Numbered from the stretch's first letter, positions 40,448-50,889 are shown. The stretch is DNA of 64,000 nucleotides from Flavobacteriales bacterium (GCA_017987115.1 JAGNUG010000001.1:33405-97404); one strand, 5' to 3'. Made by a program: numbers and translations. Notes: a model not told the origin generated them from the letters alone.

Positions 40448-42541
40448 TTGGAACGCATGAAACGAACCTTTACCCTTAACACAATCGCTTTTCTGATCGG
40501 ATCGGTATGCTCCACTAACGCGTTTTCCCAATGCGTTCCAGGTGAAGTTGAAGTGAGCATCGACGTGATCGTTGATGCCTATGGTTATGAGACCTACTGG
40601 GAATTGTTGCCGAACGGAAATGCCTGTGGCACAGGCACCATCTTCGCCGGAGGCAACACTGCTGTTGGGTGCAATGGTGGTGGCGCACAGACGCAAACAC
40701 CCGGTGGTTACGGAAACAACATCACCATCACCGAAGGGCCGTGGTGCTTAACGGCCGGCGCGCAATACGACATCTTCTGGGCGGATGATTATGGCGATGA
40801 TGGACTCGATTTCGAGGTGTCCGTGGATGGCACCTGTGTGGGCCAGTTCGATGGAACAGGAGTAGGACAGACCTTTACATTCTCAGCGCAGCAGCCCATA
40901 GCGCGGGATATGGCCGTGATACAGATCACCGCAGCGAAGTATGTATTCGAGAACATGGATGTGGCTGTGAGCGGCCAGGTCCAATCATTTGGTGCGGATG
41001 TGGTGACCAGCTATGACCTGAACTACCAAGTGAACAGTGGCCCTGTGGTGACCGAGACCGTGACACCCGTTTTCATGAATGCATGTGATATTGTTCTCTT
41101 TGAGCACAGCGTACCCTGGACACCGACCGCTGTGGGAGCGAACACGCTCACGGTGTGGGCTTCCAACATAAACGGCCAACCGGATATGGTGCCCGCGAAC
41201 GATGAAATGACCAACGCACTGATCGTGAGTGCTGCCATTCCCAACATCATCGACCAATACCTTATTGGCACACCTACCGTGCAAGTGATGGCCGGTTCCG
41301 CCGATGGGTTGAACATTCCACGCGACCTGGATTTCCACAAGGACCTTGCACGCAACGAGCTGTGGGTGGTGAACAAGGACACCGAAGAGAGCGGCAGTAG
41401 CACCGTTACCTTCATGGATGTGAACGCACCGGTGCTGGATGCACTCGTATTGGAGGATGCCAACAACTGGCATTTCATGTCGCTTACCACCGGACTGGCC
41501 ATGTCCGATAATGGCAACTTTGCCACCAGCCCCGGCGTGTACGATGCGAACCATAACGGCGGCGATGCCTTTACCGGACCTACGCTCTGGAGCAGCGACC
41601 TTGCCGTGTATGCGCAACCTTCCGGCGGCAACGGCAGCCACTTGGACATGCTGCACCAGAACCCCGAGAGCCAAGGCATTGCACTCGAAAGCCTGAACCG
41701 CTTCTGGGTAACCGACGGTTACAATGGCGACGTGACCATGAATGATTTCCGGAGCGACCACGGCCCAGGTGCGGATGACCATGTGGATGGCATCATTAAA
41801 CGCTACCAGGAATTCTCCATCACCAAAGACCCGAACGACCATATCGTTAGCCACTTGGTATTGGACAAACCAACTGGCTGGCTCTATGTGGTGGATCATG
41901 GCGCGCAACGCGTCATGCGCATCGACATCAACACGGGAACCACCGGACCCGCACCAACGTGGCCACCTACTGGCCCTTATGAGAACTATGCGGAGTACAC
42001 CACCGTGGTGAATTATGATTGGGAAGAAGTGATCAGCACCGGCCTTGTGGAGCCAGCGGGTATTGAAGTGATCGGAGATCGCCTCCTTGTTTCCGACCAT
42101 AGCAATGGCGATATCATCATCTACGATATCAGCTCAACGCCACTTGTAGAACTTGGTCGGATCCAAACGAACCTTCCCGGTATCATGGGGATCGTAGTTG
42201 GGCCGAGCGGGTATATCTGGGCAGTGAATGCCACAACCAGTGAACTGCTCAAACTAGAGCCGGATGCCATTGCTGGTGTACCGGATCTCAACACCACCAT
42301 CCTACTCAATGCCTACCCCAATCCTGCAAAGGATCGTGTGCAAGTTTCACTGGAGCATTATGCAGGCGGCAACGTGCGCATTGAGCTCCTGGATGCTACA
42401 GGTCGCGTGGTTCTTGGCACCACTGCAACCACCAACCGGCACGATCTGGATGTATCCGGATTACCCGCCGGACTCTACCAACTGCGTGCAACACTTGCCG
42501 ATGGGCACCAATTGCAACAGCCGCTCATGATCGCGCGGTGA
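40448..42541 (+). CDS. Secreted protein with T9SS type A CTD
   Basis: The signal peptide is MKRTFTLNTIAFLIGSVCSTNAFSQ. The C-terminus is LLNAYPNPAKDRVQV...GLYQLRATL. I recognise no central domain. Confidence 0.7.
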   Translation: MERMKRTFTLNTIAFLIGSVCSTNAFSQCVPGEVEVSIDVIVDAYGYETYWELLPNGNACGTGTIFAGGNTAVGCNGGGAQTQTPGGYGNNITITEGPWCLTAGAQYDIFWADDYGDDGLDFEVSVDGTCVGQFDGTGVGQTFTFSAQQPIARDMAVIQITAAKYVFENMDVAVSGQVQSFGADVVTSYDLNYQVNSGPVVTETVTPVFMNACDIVLFEHSVPWTPTAVGANTLTVWASNINGQPDMVPANDEMTNALIVSAAIPNIIDQYLIGTPTVQVMAGSADGLNIPRDLDFHKDLARNELWVVNKDTEESGSSTVTFMDVNAPVLDALVLEDANNWHFMSLTTGLAMSDNGNFATSPGVYDANHNGGDAFTGPTLWSSDLAVYAQPSGGNGSHLDMLHQNPESQGIALESLNRFWVTDGYNGDVTMNDFRSDHGPGADDHVDGIIKRYQEFSITKDPNDHIVSHLVLDKPTGWLYVVDHGAQRVMRIDINTGTTGPAPTWPPTGPYENYAEYTTVVNYDWEEVISTGLVEPAGIEVIGDRLLVSDHSNGDIIIYDISSTPLVELGRIQTNLPGIMGIVVGPSGYIWAVNATTSELLKLEPDAIAGVPDLNTTILLNAYPNPAKDRVQVSLEHYAGGNVRIELLDATGRVVLGTTATTNRHDLDVSGLPAGLYQLRATLADGHQLQQPLMIAR

Positions 42542-42660
42542 GGCATACGGTTTGATCGGATAACCACTTTCAACAAAAGCAACCCAAGTACAGCAGGTTC
42601 TTTGACCGACTGTACTTGGGAATTGCTGTTTCTTTGACCCGAACCAAATAACCAATACAC

Positions 42661-43296
42661 ATGAGAACAACACTTACACTACTTGCTGCGCTTCCACTTG
42701 CCTTAATGGCACAAACGAATTACGACATTGAGGTCGGTGGGTCCATGTTACAACCGAACAACCTGCCCTATTACGACCCGCAATTCCTAACGATCAACGT
42801 TGGCGATATGGTTACTTGGAATGGCGTAGATGGTTCACACAACGCGTGGGGTGAGTTGGATGTGTTCCCGAGCAACCCGGAAGGATTCGGAAGCGGTGTT
42901 CCACAACAAGCCCCATGGGTCTATTCGCACACCTTTACTATTCCTGGAACATACGATTTCCATTGCACGGCCGTATTCCAAGGAATGCCGCACAGCGCTA
43001 CCCAGTTCGGCTCCGTAACGGTGCTTGACCCCAACGGCATTGCAGAGGTAAGCCCGTGGGGCGAACTATCACTCTACCCGGTGCCTGCGCAAGAGCAATT
43101 GACCTTGAAGATCCCGACTACAACTCCGATCATGGTCGAGGTATTCAATAACAACGGTGCGTTGCAACAAGCACGTACCACGATCCAGAATGGTGTTTTA
43201 CAAGTGGATGTTTCCGACTGGAACGCGGGCTTGTACTTGTTGCGCTTGATGGATGACAACGGCGAACAGGTCGTGCGCTCATTCGTTGTTGAATAA
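42661..43296 (+). CDS. Small secreted cupredoxin-like (blue copper) protein with T9SS CTD
   Basis: It has a signal peptide. Cu-ligand-like residues are GSHNAW and YDFHCTAVFQGMPH within a Greek-key-sized region of about 110 aa. The CTD is LSLYPVPAQEQLTL...GLYLLRL. Confidence 0.55.
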   Translation: MRTTLTLLAALPLALMAQTNYDIEVGGSMLQPNNLPYYDPQFLTINVGDMVTWNGVDGSHNAWGELDVFPSNPEGFGSGVPQQAPWVYSHTFTIPGTYDFHCTAVFQGMPHSATQFGSVTVLDPNGIAEVSPWGELSLYPVPAQEQLTLKIPTTTPIMVEVFNNNGALQQARTTIQNGVLQVDVSDWNAGLYLLRLMDDNGEQVVRSFVVE

Positions 43297-43317
43297 CAGC
43301 ACATTGTATGCACTGAA

Positions 43318-43352
43318 GAACGGCGAGCTTGGCTCGCCGTTCTTGTTATTTT
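43318..43352 (+). terminator. Rho-independent terminator
   Basis: The structure is GAACGGCGAGC-TTGG-GCTCGCCGTTC followed by TTGTTATTTT. It lies 22 nt after the stop at 43296, between convergent genes. Confidence 0.75.
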
Positions 43353-43409
43353 AGGTTGACGGTCCTATTACATGAACTTAGAACCATCCTCAACAGGAAT
43401 GATCCTGTC

Positions 43410-44399
43410 CTAAGGGATGAAGATCCGTTGTCGATGGTTTAGCGTGGAGCGCGATCTAACTTCCAAGAAATAGATCCCAGGAACGAACCGAGCGGTCGAG
43501 ATGAACTGATCGCTGCATGCCCCTTGTGCGACTTGTTTTCCCATTTGGTCCGTTATCGAATAAACGGCATTAGCGCCCATCGACCCGTGCATCACTATGC
43601 GACCATCTTGCACATTAACGATGATCGGTTCTTCGTTATCCGATAAGAACGGATCCTGAATGCTTGTTTGCACACAAGGTGTTAGTGTAACAGAATCGAC
43701 CAAACAGTACACGAAATTGCCCGTGTTGGCCGGACCACCCGGTACAACCTCAGTGGACGTCTGCGCATTCCATTCGTAATTCCCGATCATCAAGAACCGT
43801 TCGCCGCCAGCAGCTGTGTACTCCCCTTCCAACACGGTCCATTCCTCACGGTCCAAATACGTCCCGGATGATAATGCCAAATGAGGCACCTCGCCCGGCG
43901 GATAAGGATCATTGCGAAGAACGGAGTCCGGATAGAAATGCACACCAAGCGCATCGGTGGTCCTTCCACTGAAATCGGCCAAGTTCGCATACATGTGGAA
44001 GCGGTAACATTCGCCTGCCTGTAACTCGCTCATCAATTCCACTTCTATATATTCTCGCCAATCGGTCAGCACATTTTCTATCCATAAGAAGATACCGACA
44101 TACGCCTTGCCTTGAACGGATTGTTGGAACCCGACGGTACTGTTCGGTACTGAATAAAGCCCGCCATTGCATTCATGATAATAGTCCGGCGTGCCATCCT
44201 CACTGGGATCGAACCAGAAGGCCGTGCGGTCCAATTGACTTTGGAAATCCGGGCAGAGCAAGCGCTCCTCGAAACTTGGGTTCGGAACCAAGTTCTGCGC
44301 AACGGCGATCGCGGACCACAACAGGAAAACGTGGGGCAGGCACAAGACACGGTAAACAGATGTTGCACAGATCAACGAACGCGCATTTCCTGTATTCAT
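43410..44399 (-). CDS. Secreted hypothetical protein with T9SS CTD
   Basis: A signal peptide follows the Met at 44399 (..VFLLWSAIAVAQN). The C-terminus is VYSITDQMGKQV...GIYFLEVRS. Confidence 0.6.
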   Translation of the reverse strand: MNTGNARSLICATSVYRVLCLPHVFLLWSAIAVAQNLVPNPSFEERLLCPDFQSQLDRTAFWFDPSEDGTPDYYHECNGGLYSVPNSTVGFQQSVQGKAYVGIFLWIENVLTDWREYIEVELMSELQAGECYRFHMYANLADFSGRTTDALGVHFYPDSVLRNDPYPPGEVPHLALSSGTYLDREEWTVLEGEYTAAGGERFLMIGNYEWNAQTSTEVVPGGPANTGNFVYCLVDSVTLTPCVQTSIQDPFLSDNEEPIIVNVQDGRIVMHGSMGANAVYSITDQMGKQVAQGACSDQFISTARFVPGIYFLEVRSRSTLNHRQRIFIP

Positions 44400-44483
44400 A
44401 TCGGATGGGGAATATGGTTCTGTCATGTTTGATCGATCATCTTGGTTCAACGCATGCTATGCAATACATACTGGATCCCATCA

Positions 44484-45209
44484 TCACTCCTCATTCGTTC
44501 CACGCCATTTTTGAAGGAGGGCCGCACGGTGTGTTCTCCCTACCGGCAGCACCACATCACCGATCATGGCCTCGCGTTCCCGCAATGCGGTGATCTTTCT
44601 AACGTCAACCAAATATCCGCGATGGATGCGCAAGAAATGCGGTGAACCTATCCGCGCTTCAAGTGCATGCAATGTCTCAGAGATCACGTATCGACGGTCC
44701 TTGGTATGGATCACCACATAGTTGTTATCCGCCTCCGCATACATGATCGCGTTCACTGCTACTTTAACCAGGCGCCCCTTATCCCGGAGTAATAATTCAT
44801 GGGTCCGATCGGCAACTTCAGCAACTGCGCCATCCGTTAACCTCGCCAATGCAATGGTGAGCTGGGTGCGCACATCATCCGCCTCAAACGGCTTTATGAT
44901 GAAACCCTGTGGCTTGGTAGCAGCCACTCTTTGCATGGTGGCAGGATCCGTATGCGAGGTAACAAATAGAAAAGGGATCACCAATTGTTTCAAGCGTTGC
45001 GCCACCTCCACCCCATCTGCTCCATTCCCCAATTGAATGTCCAGTAGAACAATGTCCGGTCGCTCCCGTTCCGCAGCATCCATTGCATTGATCGCTTCAT
45101 GGGCACGCGCACATACCACATGCCCCAGGTCTTCCACCATGTTCGCAAGGTCTTCTGCGATCAACGGTTCGTCCTCAACAATTAGGATGCGCGCTTTTTC
45201 CATGATCAA
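44484..45209 (-). CDS. LytTR-family response regulator
   Basis: The receiver domain shows ILIVEDEPLIAEDL..IVLLDIQL. A LytTR DNA-binding C-terminus follows. A 4-nt overlap with the upstream kinase suggests an operon. Confidence 0.8.
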   Translation of the reverse strand: MIMEKARILIVEDEPLIAEDLANMVEDLGHVVCARAHEAINAMDAAERERPDIVLLDIQLGNGADGVEVAQRLKQLVIPFLFVTSHTDPATMQRVAATKPQGFIIKPFEADDVRTQLTIALARLTDGAVAEVADRTHELLLRDKGRLVKVAVNAIMYAEADNNYVVIHTKDRRYVISETLHALEARIGSPHFLRIHRGYLVDVRKITALREREAMIGDVVLPVGRTHRAALLQKWRGTNEE

Positions 45210-47023
45210 CCGGTGATCTTGTAATTGTGGATCCGCATGGAGATCGTTGTGCCACCAACTCCATTCACCTGGTACTCGGCTTGTAGTTTTTCTGCGAACG
45301 TTCGGAGCATGACCATCCCGAATCCGCTGCCTTTTGCAACAGCATCTTCATCCAGATCCATACCAGCTCCATTGTCACTTACCTCCAGGTCTAATGCACT
45401 TTCCTGTTCTCGCAGTGCAACGTTCAGCAGGCCGGTTCGCTCATCCGGGTATGCATACTTCAAGGCATTCACTATGAGTTCATTCAATATAAGGCCGATC
45501 GGAATGGCCGTGTCCAGATCAATTCGGATCGGATCCACATTGACCTGAACTGTGATGCGCTGCGGGTCGACTTCATGACTTTTAATAAGTCCTTTCACCA
45601 GTTTCTCAATGTAGATGACCATGTCCACACCACGCAGGTCATCGGCATGGTAAAGGTCCTGGTGGATCAATGCCATGCTGCGAACCCTGTCCTGCCCATC
45701 GCGTATGGCATTTCGCGCAGCAGGGTCAGAGATCGTGCGCATCTGCATGCGTAGAAGACCCGCGATCGTCTGTAGGTTGTTCTTTACACGGTGATGAAGC
45801 TCACGCAGCAAAAGTTCCTTGTCGGCCAATGCTTGTTCAACCTCTTTGTTCTTTATGGATAATGCCGCTATCGATCTTCTTCGTTGGTAGTATGCAACAA
45901 AAAAGGCGAAGCCTGCGATCGTAGCAGCAATGGCCAGTGCAATCGCCGCGTTGAGCCCCGTAGCACGCTTCTCCAACAACGCTTTGTTGCGTTGCAGTTC
46001 CAGGTCTTTCTGGCGCATAGCATACCGCTCCTGTACTTCCAACAGTGCTTCCGTTCGCTCCTGGTTGTGCAAACTATCCCGCCATTGCATGTGGAACGTT
46101 AGCGCATCGTACGCATTGGTAAGATCACCTGAACGGTGGTAGTGTTCCGCCAATGCTTTGTAGGAATCGGCAACACCTCCGTTCAACCGAAGTTCCTTGG
46201 ACAAACGCAATGCACTGTTCAAGTGCTGCAGCGCTTCATCCATTGATCCGGTCTGCGACAACGCGGTACCAAGACCCAATTCGATCTCGGACCGCGCCGG
46301 CGCATCCCCTCCTTCTCCCAACTGTTCCAATGCTTGCCGATACAATGGGATCGCACCCGCAGGATCTCCACGCGCGGCATGCAAAGCTGCTTGTTCACTC
46401 CGTGCCGAAGCGCCATGTGTTCCACCGACCTCTACCAGGATATCAGCTGCTTTTCCGTAGGCCACTTCCGCACTATCCAACCAACCCATTTGCCTGTAGA
46501 CCTTGCCCAGTTCATTGGCAATTCCGGCTTCCCAGAGCGGTTCTCCTGATCGTGCGTACCCCGCAATGGATCTTCTGTAATGGTCCACGGCCTTTTCGAA
46601 TTGCCCAAGACCTGCAAATGAATTCGCTATGCTCGAATGGAGGAGTGCGGCATTGGAGATCTCGCCACGTTCTTCCATGATGTTCAACGCCAAGAAAAAA
46701 TGTTCCAGTGCTTGGGTCTGGTCTCCCTTCATGGTGTACGCAACGCCGAGTTTATTCTCCGCATCCGCAATGCGTTCTTGGTCCTGATGCGCGCGTGCCA
46801 ACGTCAGGAATTCATTGGCGTAGTCCACCGCTTTGTCCGGGTTGGTGCGTGCGGCGTTGTTGAAGAGAACGTTCAGAACAGGAAAGCGCGTCGTATCATG
46901 CGGCAGTTCTTCCAGCACCGTGCGCAAGCTGTCCATGCGTTGTTGGTCCTGCGCGTTCGTGAACCTGCTCGTGATGAACAGGCAAACAAGAATGCACACA
47001 CGCAACGCACCGGACCTTAACAT
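45206..47023 (-). CDS. TPR-repeat sensor histidine kinase (HisKA_2 / HATPase_c_2 type)
   Basis: A signal/TM segment follows the Met at 47023. Multiple TPR repeats precede a TM helix. The H-box is LHHRVKNNLQTIAGLL, followed by an ATPase domain (ELIVNALKYA, DNGAG). Confidence 0.75.
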   Translation of the reverse strand: MLRSGALRVCILVCLFITSRFTNAQDQQRMDSLRTVLEELPHDTTRFPVLNVLFNNAARTNPDKAVDYANEFLTLARAHQDQERIADAENKLGVAYTMKGDQTQALEHFFLALNIMEERGEISNAALLHSSIANSFAGLGQFEKAVDHYRRSIAGYARSGEPLWEAGIANELGKVYRQMGWLDSAEVAYGKAADILVEVGGTHGASARSEQAALHAARGDPAGAIPLYRQALEQLGEGGDAPARSEIELGLGTALSQTGSMDEALQHLNSALRLSKELRLNGGVADSYKALAEHYHRSGDLTNAYDALTFHMQWRDSLHNQERTEALLEVQERYAMRQKDLELQRNKALLEKRATGLNAAIALAIAATIAGFAFFVAYYQRRRSIAALSIKNKEVEQALADKELLLRELHHRVKNNLQTIAGLLRMQMRTISDPAARNAIRDGQDRVRSMALIHQDLYHADDLRGVDMVIYIEKLVKGLIKSHEVDPQRITVQVNVDPIRIDLDTAIPIGLILNELIVNALKYAYPDERTGLLNVALREQESALDLEVSDNGAGMDLDEDAVAKGSGFGMVMLRTFAEKLQAEYQVNGVGGTTISMRIHNYKITG

Positions 47024-47028
47024 TCCGA

Positions 47029-49242
47029 TCAAGGTAACTGTTCCGCGCGTGTTGCCGTTGGTACCACACCACCAATTACCAGCAGTACCTGATCGCGATC
47101 GTTGTTCACTCCCGTATACCGCACCACGCCATCCAAGTTCACATCCTCCGGCCAGTAGCCAACTACTGAATTCGTTGGCACCACACCGCCGATACGCGCG
47201 AGGATGGGATCGCGATCGTTTTCCGTTCCGGTATACTTCACTTCCGTGTTCGGGGTGACGTTTCCTTGCCATAAACCCATTACATCATTCAGTTGCGCAC
47301 GGGCATCCGTGCCATACACCGGCGTTGTCGGGTCCGTGAGATCCACCATTGTTGGTGCAGCGGAGAGCGCTATGGGTGCAGCCGTCATTACACCCAAGTG
47401 ATTGCGGTGGCGCACCACTACATAGTAGTCACCGTGCGGTACGCAGAACCCTACCGTGGCAACGCCATCCACCGCTACGATCTTGCCATCCCTGCGCAGC
47501 AATGCGGCTTTGCGCGCCACGATATCCGTTGGGTCCGTTGCATCGCGCAATTCTAGCAACACCCAATCTACAATTGCTGCGCTCAATGTCCAGTCCAATG
47601 CTTGTTCCGTTGTGGTTGCCGGTTCATCCAATACAAAGCCCATGGCCGTGTACGGCTCAGCAAGCGGGATCAGATCCGCGATCCGCAGATCATCATACAT
47701 CACTGAAAAACCACCTTGTTCGTACGCACCGGAAAGTATAGCGCGTGCATCCACGAACACGCCTTCACAATCCGGTTTGTTGTAGACTGCTGTGAACGCA
47801 TCCTGGCCACCTGCGCTTGTAAGCAACGTAACACCCGGACCGGGATCCATGTCCACCGTCTGCCGGAATTCACCAACTATGATGATGCGTTTGGTGGGTG
47901 TTAACGCAATGCCGTGCGGCACATCATTCTGTGCACTGCCAACTCCGAAACCCCAGCGGAATGTGCCTGTTGCCGTATAGCTTGCCAAGTACGCATCACT
48001 GCCGCCATTATCCACCAGCAACGTGGAACCGGGACCGGGATCCAGATCCAATGGATTGCTTGAAAGTGCGCCGAATTCTCCACACGCATAAATGTTGTTC
48101 TGCGCATCGACGGCCACACCGGAACCTTCATTCAGGAACGACTTCAGCAAGAACGCAAATACCAGATCACCGCTCGCGGTCAGTTTCAACACGAACGCAT
48201 CTTCCGTACCAGAGCCCGGCAATATGAGCGTGCCCGGACCGGGATCAAAATCCGTTGGACTGGTAATGCGACCAGTATAAACCGGCCCACCGTCAGGACC
48301 TACTGCAACACTTCGCGCGCGTTCGCTGCTGGTGCCACCGAAGCCATGTGCCCATTGCAGAACGCCAAGAGCACTCAACTTCAGCGCGAACATATCCGTG
48401 CTGCCGGCGCTCGTAAGCGTTGTTACACCCGCACCAGCATCGGCATCCATGCTCACTTGGTACTCTCCGGTAATGAAGATGTTCCCGGTCGCATCCACAG
48501 CACATCCATGCCCGCTATCATTCCCCATACCGCCGATCGCTTGGCCCCAGACAAAGGTGCCGGACGCATCCAACTGTTGCACGAATACATCCTGCGCTCC
48601 GTTGCCACCAACGGTTACAACACTTGGTCCCGGGTCAATGTCTCCATTGAAACCGAAGTACCCGGTAGTAATGATCGATCCATTGGCCGTGGTGGCAATG
48701 CTGGTCCCGGCATCGTTGCTATTGCCACCGAACAACTTCGCCCACTGGAAAACACCGGCGCTGCTCAAGCTGATCACGAACACATCGAACCCGGTGTTGA
48801 GCGAGGTTGCCATGAAAACGCCTGCCGTTGGATCCAGGTCCACTGTGCCACTGACTTTGCCTGTAATAAGCACATTGTTGTTCGCATCCGTTGCAACACC
48901 CAAGGCCTGGTCGGCGCCGCCTGCACCGAACGCGTAGCCCCAAACGAAGGCGCCATCGGCATCGAGTTTCTGTACGAACGCATCGCTGCTTCCATTGGAA
49001 GAGACCATGCTTACGCCAGCGCCGGGATCCAGATCAACGGTAAAGGCAATGGACCCAACGGTGATCACCGAACCTTCGGTATCCGCAGCGGTGGCAAAGG
49101 CGATCTCTTGCCCGGAAGAGTCAATTGATCGAGCCCACTCCAAGAACTGAGCGTTCGTGGTGGTGAATAGTAAACCGCATAACAGCGCGCTAAAGAATGA
49201 TCGTACCATGGTTACCGCGCCACCCGCTGAATGCGGAACCAA
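47029..49242 (-). CDS. Secreted SBBP beta-propeller repeat protein with dockerin-like C-terminal repeats
   Basis: It has a signal peptide. Repeats of the form GSSDAFVQKLDADGAFVWGYAFGG are SBBP-like. The C-terminus carries DVNLDGVVRYTGVNNDRD-type calcium-binding repeats. No T9SS CTD was recognised. Confidence 0.6.
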   Translation of the reverse strand: MVPHSAGGAVTMVRSFFSALLCGLLFTTTNAQFLEWARSIDSSGQEIAFATAADTEGSVITVGSIAFTVDLDPGAGVSMVSSNGSSDAFVQKLDADGAFVWGYAFGAGGADQALGVATDANNNVLITGKVSGTVDLDPTAGVFMATSLNTGFDVFVISLSSAGVFQWAKLFGGNSNDAGTSIATTANGSIITTGYFGFNGDIDPGPSVVTVGGNGAQDVFVQQLDASGTFVWGQAIGGMGNDSGHGCAVDATGNIFITGEYQVSMDADAGAGVTTLTSAGSTDMFALKLSALGVLQWAHGFGGTSSERARSVAVGPDGGPVYTGRITSPTDFDPGPGTLILPGSGTEDAFVLKLTASGDLVFAFLLKSFLNEGSGVAVDAQNNIYACGEFGALSSNPLDLDPGPGSTLLVDNGGSDAYLASYTATGTFRWGFGVGSAQNDVPHGIALTPTKRIIIVGEFRQTVDMDPGPGVTLLTSAGGQDAFTAVYNKPDCEGVFVDARAILSGAYEQGGFSVMYDDLRIADLIPLAEPYTAMGFVLDEPATTTEQALDWTLSAAIVDWVLLELRDATDPTDIVARKAALLRRDGKIVAVDGVATVGFCVPHGDYYVVVRHRNHLGVMTAAPIALSAAPTMVDLTDPTTPVYGTDARAQLNDVMGLWQGNVTPNTEVKYTGTENDRDPILARIGGVVPTNSVVGYWPEDVNLDGVVRYTGVNNDRDQVLLVIGGVVPTATRAEQLP

Positions 49243-49342
49243 CGCAGTTCGAAACCTACGGAATACGATCCGGAAACCGAAGTGGAGATCCGTGAATTAC
49301 AGGTGGATCATGGTGAACTGCATGAAGCTATCGTTCTTCGCT

Positions 49343-49600
49343 CTATTCCTTAACAAAGCGTGCCTTCACCACCAACCCTTCTCCGGTGATCACATCCAAG
49401 ACATACATACCGCTTGCCAAGGATGCAACATGCAACGTACCGTTGGAGATCGCCAAAGGCAAAGCACGGCCGTCCGCGCCGATCACCCTTCCTTGCATGG
49501 TTGTTACTGAACGACCATCAACATACACTTGGATCCGATCCGTTGCCGTGTTCGGTACCAGTTGCACATCCTTGCTGTTGTAGCGCATAAGGTTGCCCAC
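49343..49600 (-). pseudogene. Orphan T9SS C-terminal sorting domain (remnant of a cargo gene)
   Basis: The 85-aa ORF is essentially only a CTD (LVPNTATDRIQVYV...GMYVLDVI). It has no signal peptide or passenger domain. No in-frame upstream extension exists. Confidence 0.45.
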
Positions 49601-49767
49601 AGTGCGCGGATGTGATCGTGCGCTTTATGGGTATACTTTTTTCAGAAACTGCGAATGGAATGCGTCGAACAACTAGCGGATGAATGTCGGCCGACCATGA
49701 TCGGGAAAGGTGGAGAAGCGGGCCATTGCGCCGCTAACGTGCCACCAACTCCTACGCAGCGTCAATA

Positions 49768-50889
49768 CTAAATGATCGTAAGCTTTTGCACGACCCTTCG
49801 GTCCTGATCGATCAGAAAAACGAGCACATAACTTCCAGGTGGAACACTGCTTAGGTCATGCACACTTATTCCGTTCATATTCTTGGTGGACCGTATTAAC
49901 TTTCCTTGTAGATCCACGATCTCCATGCTCACCTTACAATTGTTGCATCCAAGATCCACGCGCAGTTTCCTGTTCACGGAGTCGTAAATGAAATTCGACG
50001 CATGGGTTGGTTCGCCAACTCCCAGCACACCTTGATCAGCAACTACCACCTCAATGTTCTGGGTGCATCCGTTCACATCCGTAACATCAATGAAATAAAT
50101 TCCTGCTCCGAGATTATGCCGCGCTAAAGAATCCTGTACACCATCAGACCAGGTCAGATCATACGGACCATAGGCAGCATCCACCAGCAAGGTTGCACCG
50201 CCATCATTATTACCTGTAGTTGCACTCACCGTACTCAACGCGTATGGGAAACATTGCACAGGGGTTGCTTCAAAGTCTGTATATACGGCAGGGGAAATAG
50301 GCCAACAATGGGCACGCAAGCAGATCGAGAACCGGGATATGGAAGTTAACGAAGGACTGGAAACCTGAAGATAGTAGGGTCCATCATATAAAGGGATCAA
50401 GCTATCATTCAAGGCCGTATTGGCCGCCAGTGTATAACACTTCAACGGTACCAGTTGACTACAATCCGGTCCTAACCAAAGGCTCATGTGTAGTGTATCG
50501 GTCGGGTAGGCAATGCCGGGTTCTACTTCAATGGAGAACCAACACCCTGGATAAAATTTGTACCACATATCATTGGAGGGTACGGTTACTGCCGGTGCAT
50601 ATCCATTACACGTTAGCGGCATAGCAGGGTACGGAAAGTCAGGCACGGCCAGTACCGTGGAATCACTGAATGGAAATGCCGTAGGCTCGCCGTTCGCATT
50701 ATTGAATGTACACGTTGGCTGGACTTGCAGTACCCCCAGATCCATTGCACTGCTACAAGCATCGTTCGGCACTTGCGCTTTAACCACCGCGCCTGGCCCC
50801 AATGCCAATATGGTCCACAACAGAACTGCAAGCAGTCTTGTGGGTGTTGGATCTGTTCTTAACCGTATACCCCAATGCTTCTTGGTCAT
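49768..50889 (-). CDS. Secreted hypothetical protein with T9SS type A CTD
   Basis: It has a signal peptide. The C-terminus is RVDLGCNNCKVSMEIVDLQGKLI...GSYVLVFLI. Confidence 0.65.
   Translation of the reverse strand: MTKKHWGIRLRTDPTPTRLLAVLLWTILALGPGAVVKAQVPNDACSSAMDLGVLQVQPTCTFNNANGEPTAFPFSDSTVLAVPDFPYPAMPLTCNGYAPAVTVPSNDMWYKFYPGCWFSIEVEPGIAYPTDTLHMSLWLGPDCSQLVPLKCYTLAANTALNDSLIPLYDGPYYLQVSSPSLTSISRFSICLRAHCWPISPAVYTDFEATPVQCFPYALSTVSATTGNNDGGATLLVDAAYGPYDLTWSDGVQDSLARHNLGAGIYFIDVTDVNGCTQNIEVVVADQGVLGVGEPTHASNFIYDSVNRKLRVDLGCNNCKVSMEIVDLQGKLIRSTKNMNGISVHDLSSVPPGSYVLVFLIDQDRRVVQKLTII

Noticed and set aside
40985-42100. 371-aa minus-strand ORF antisense to the T9SS cargo gene at 40448..42541
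   Set aside because: It is fully nested antisense in a well-supported secreted protein gene. Its His/Val/Ala-rich translation is typical of GC-rich antisense frames, with no motifs.
48346-49128. 260-aa and 201-aa plus-strand ORFs antisense to the SBBP gene at 47029..49242
   Set aside because: They are antisense to a signal-peptide-bearing repeat protein, with low-complexity translations.
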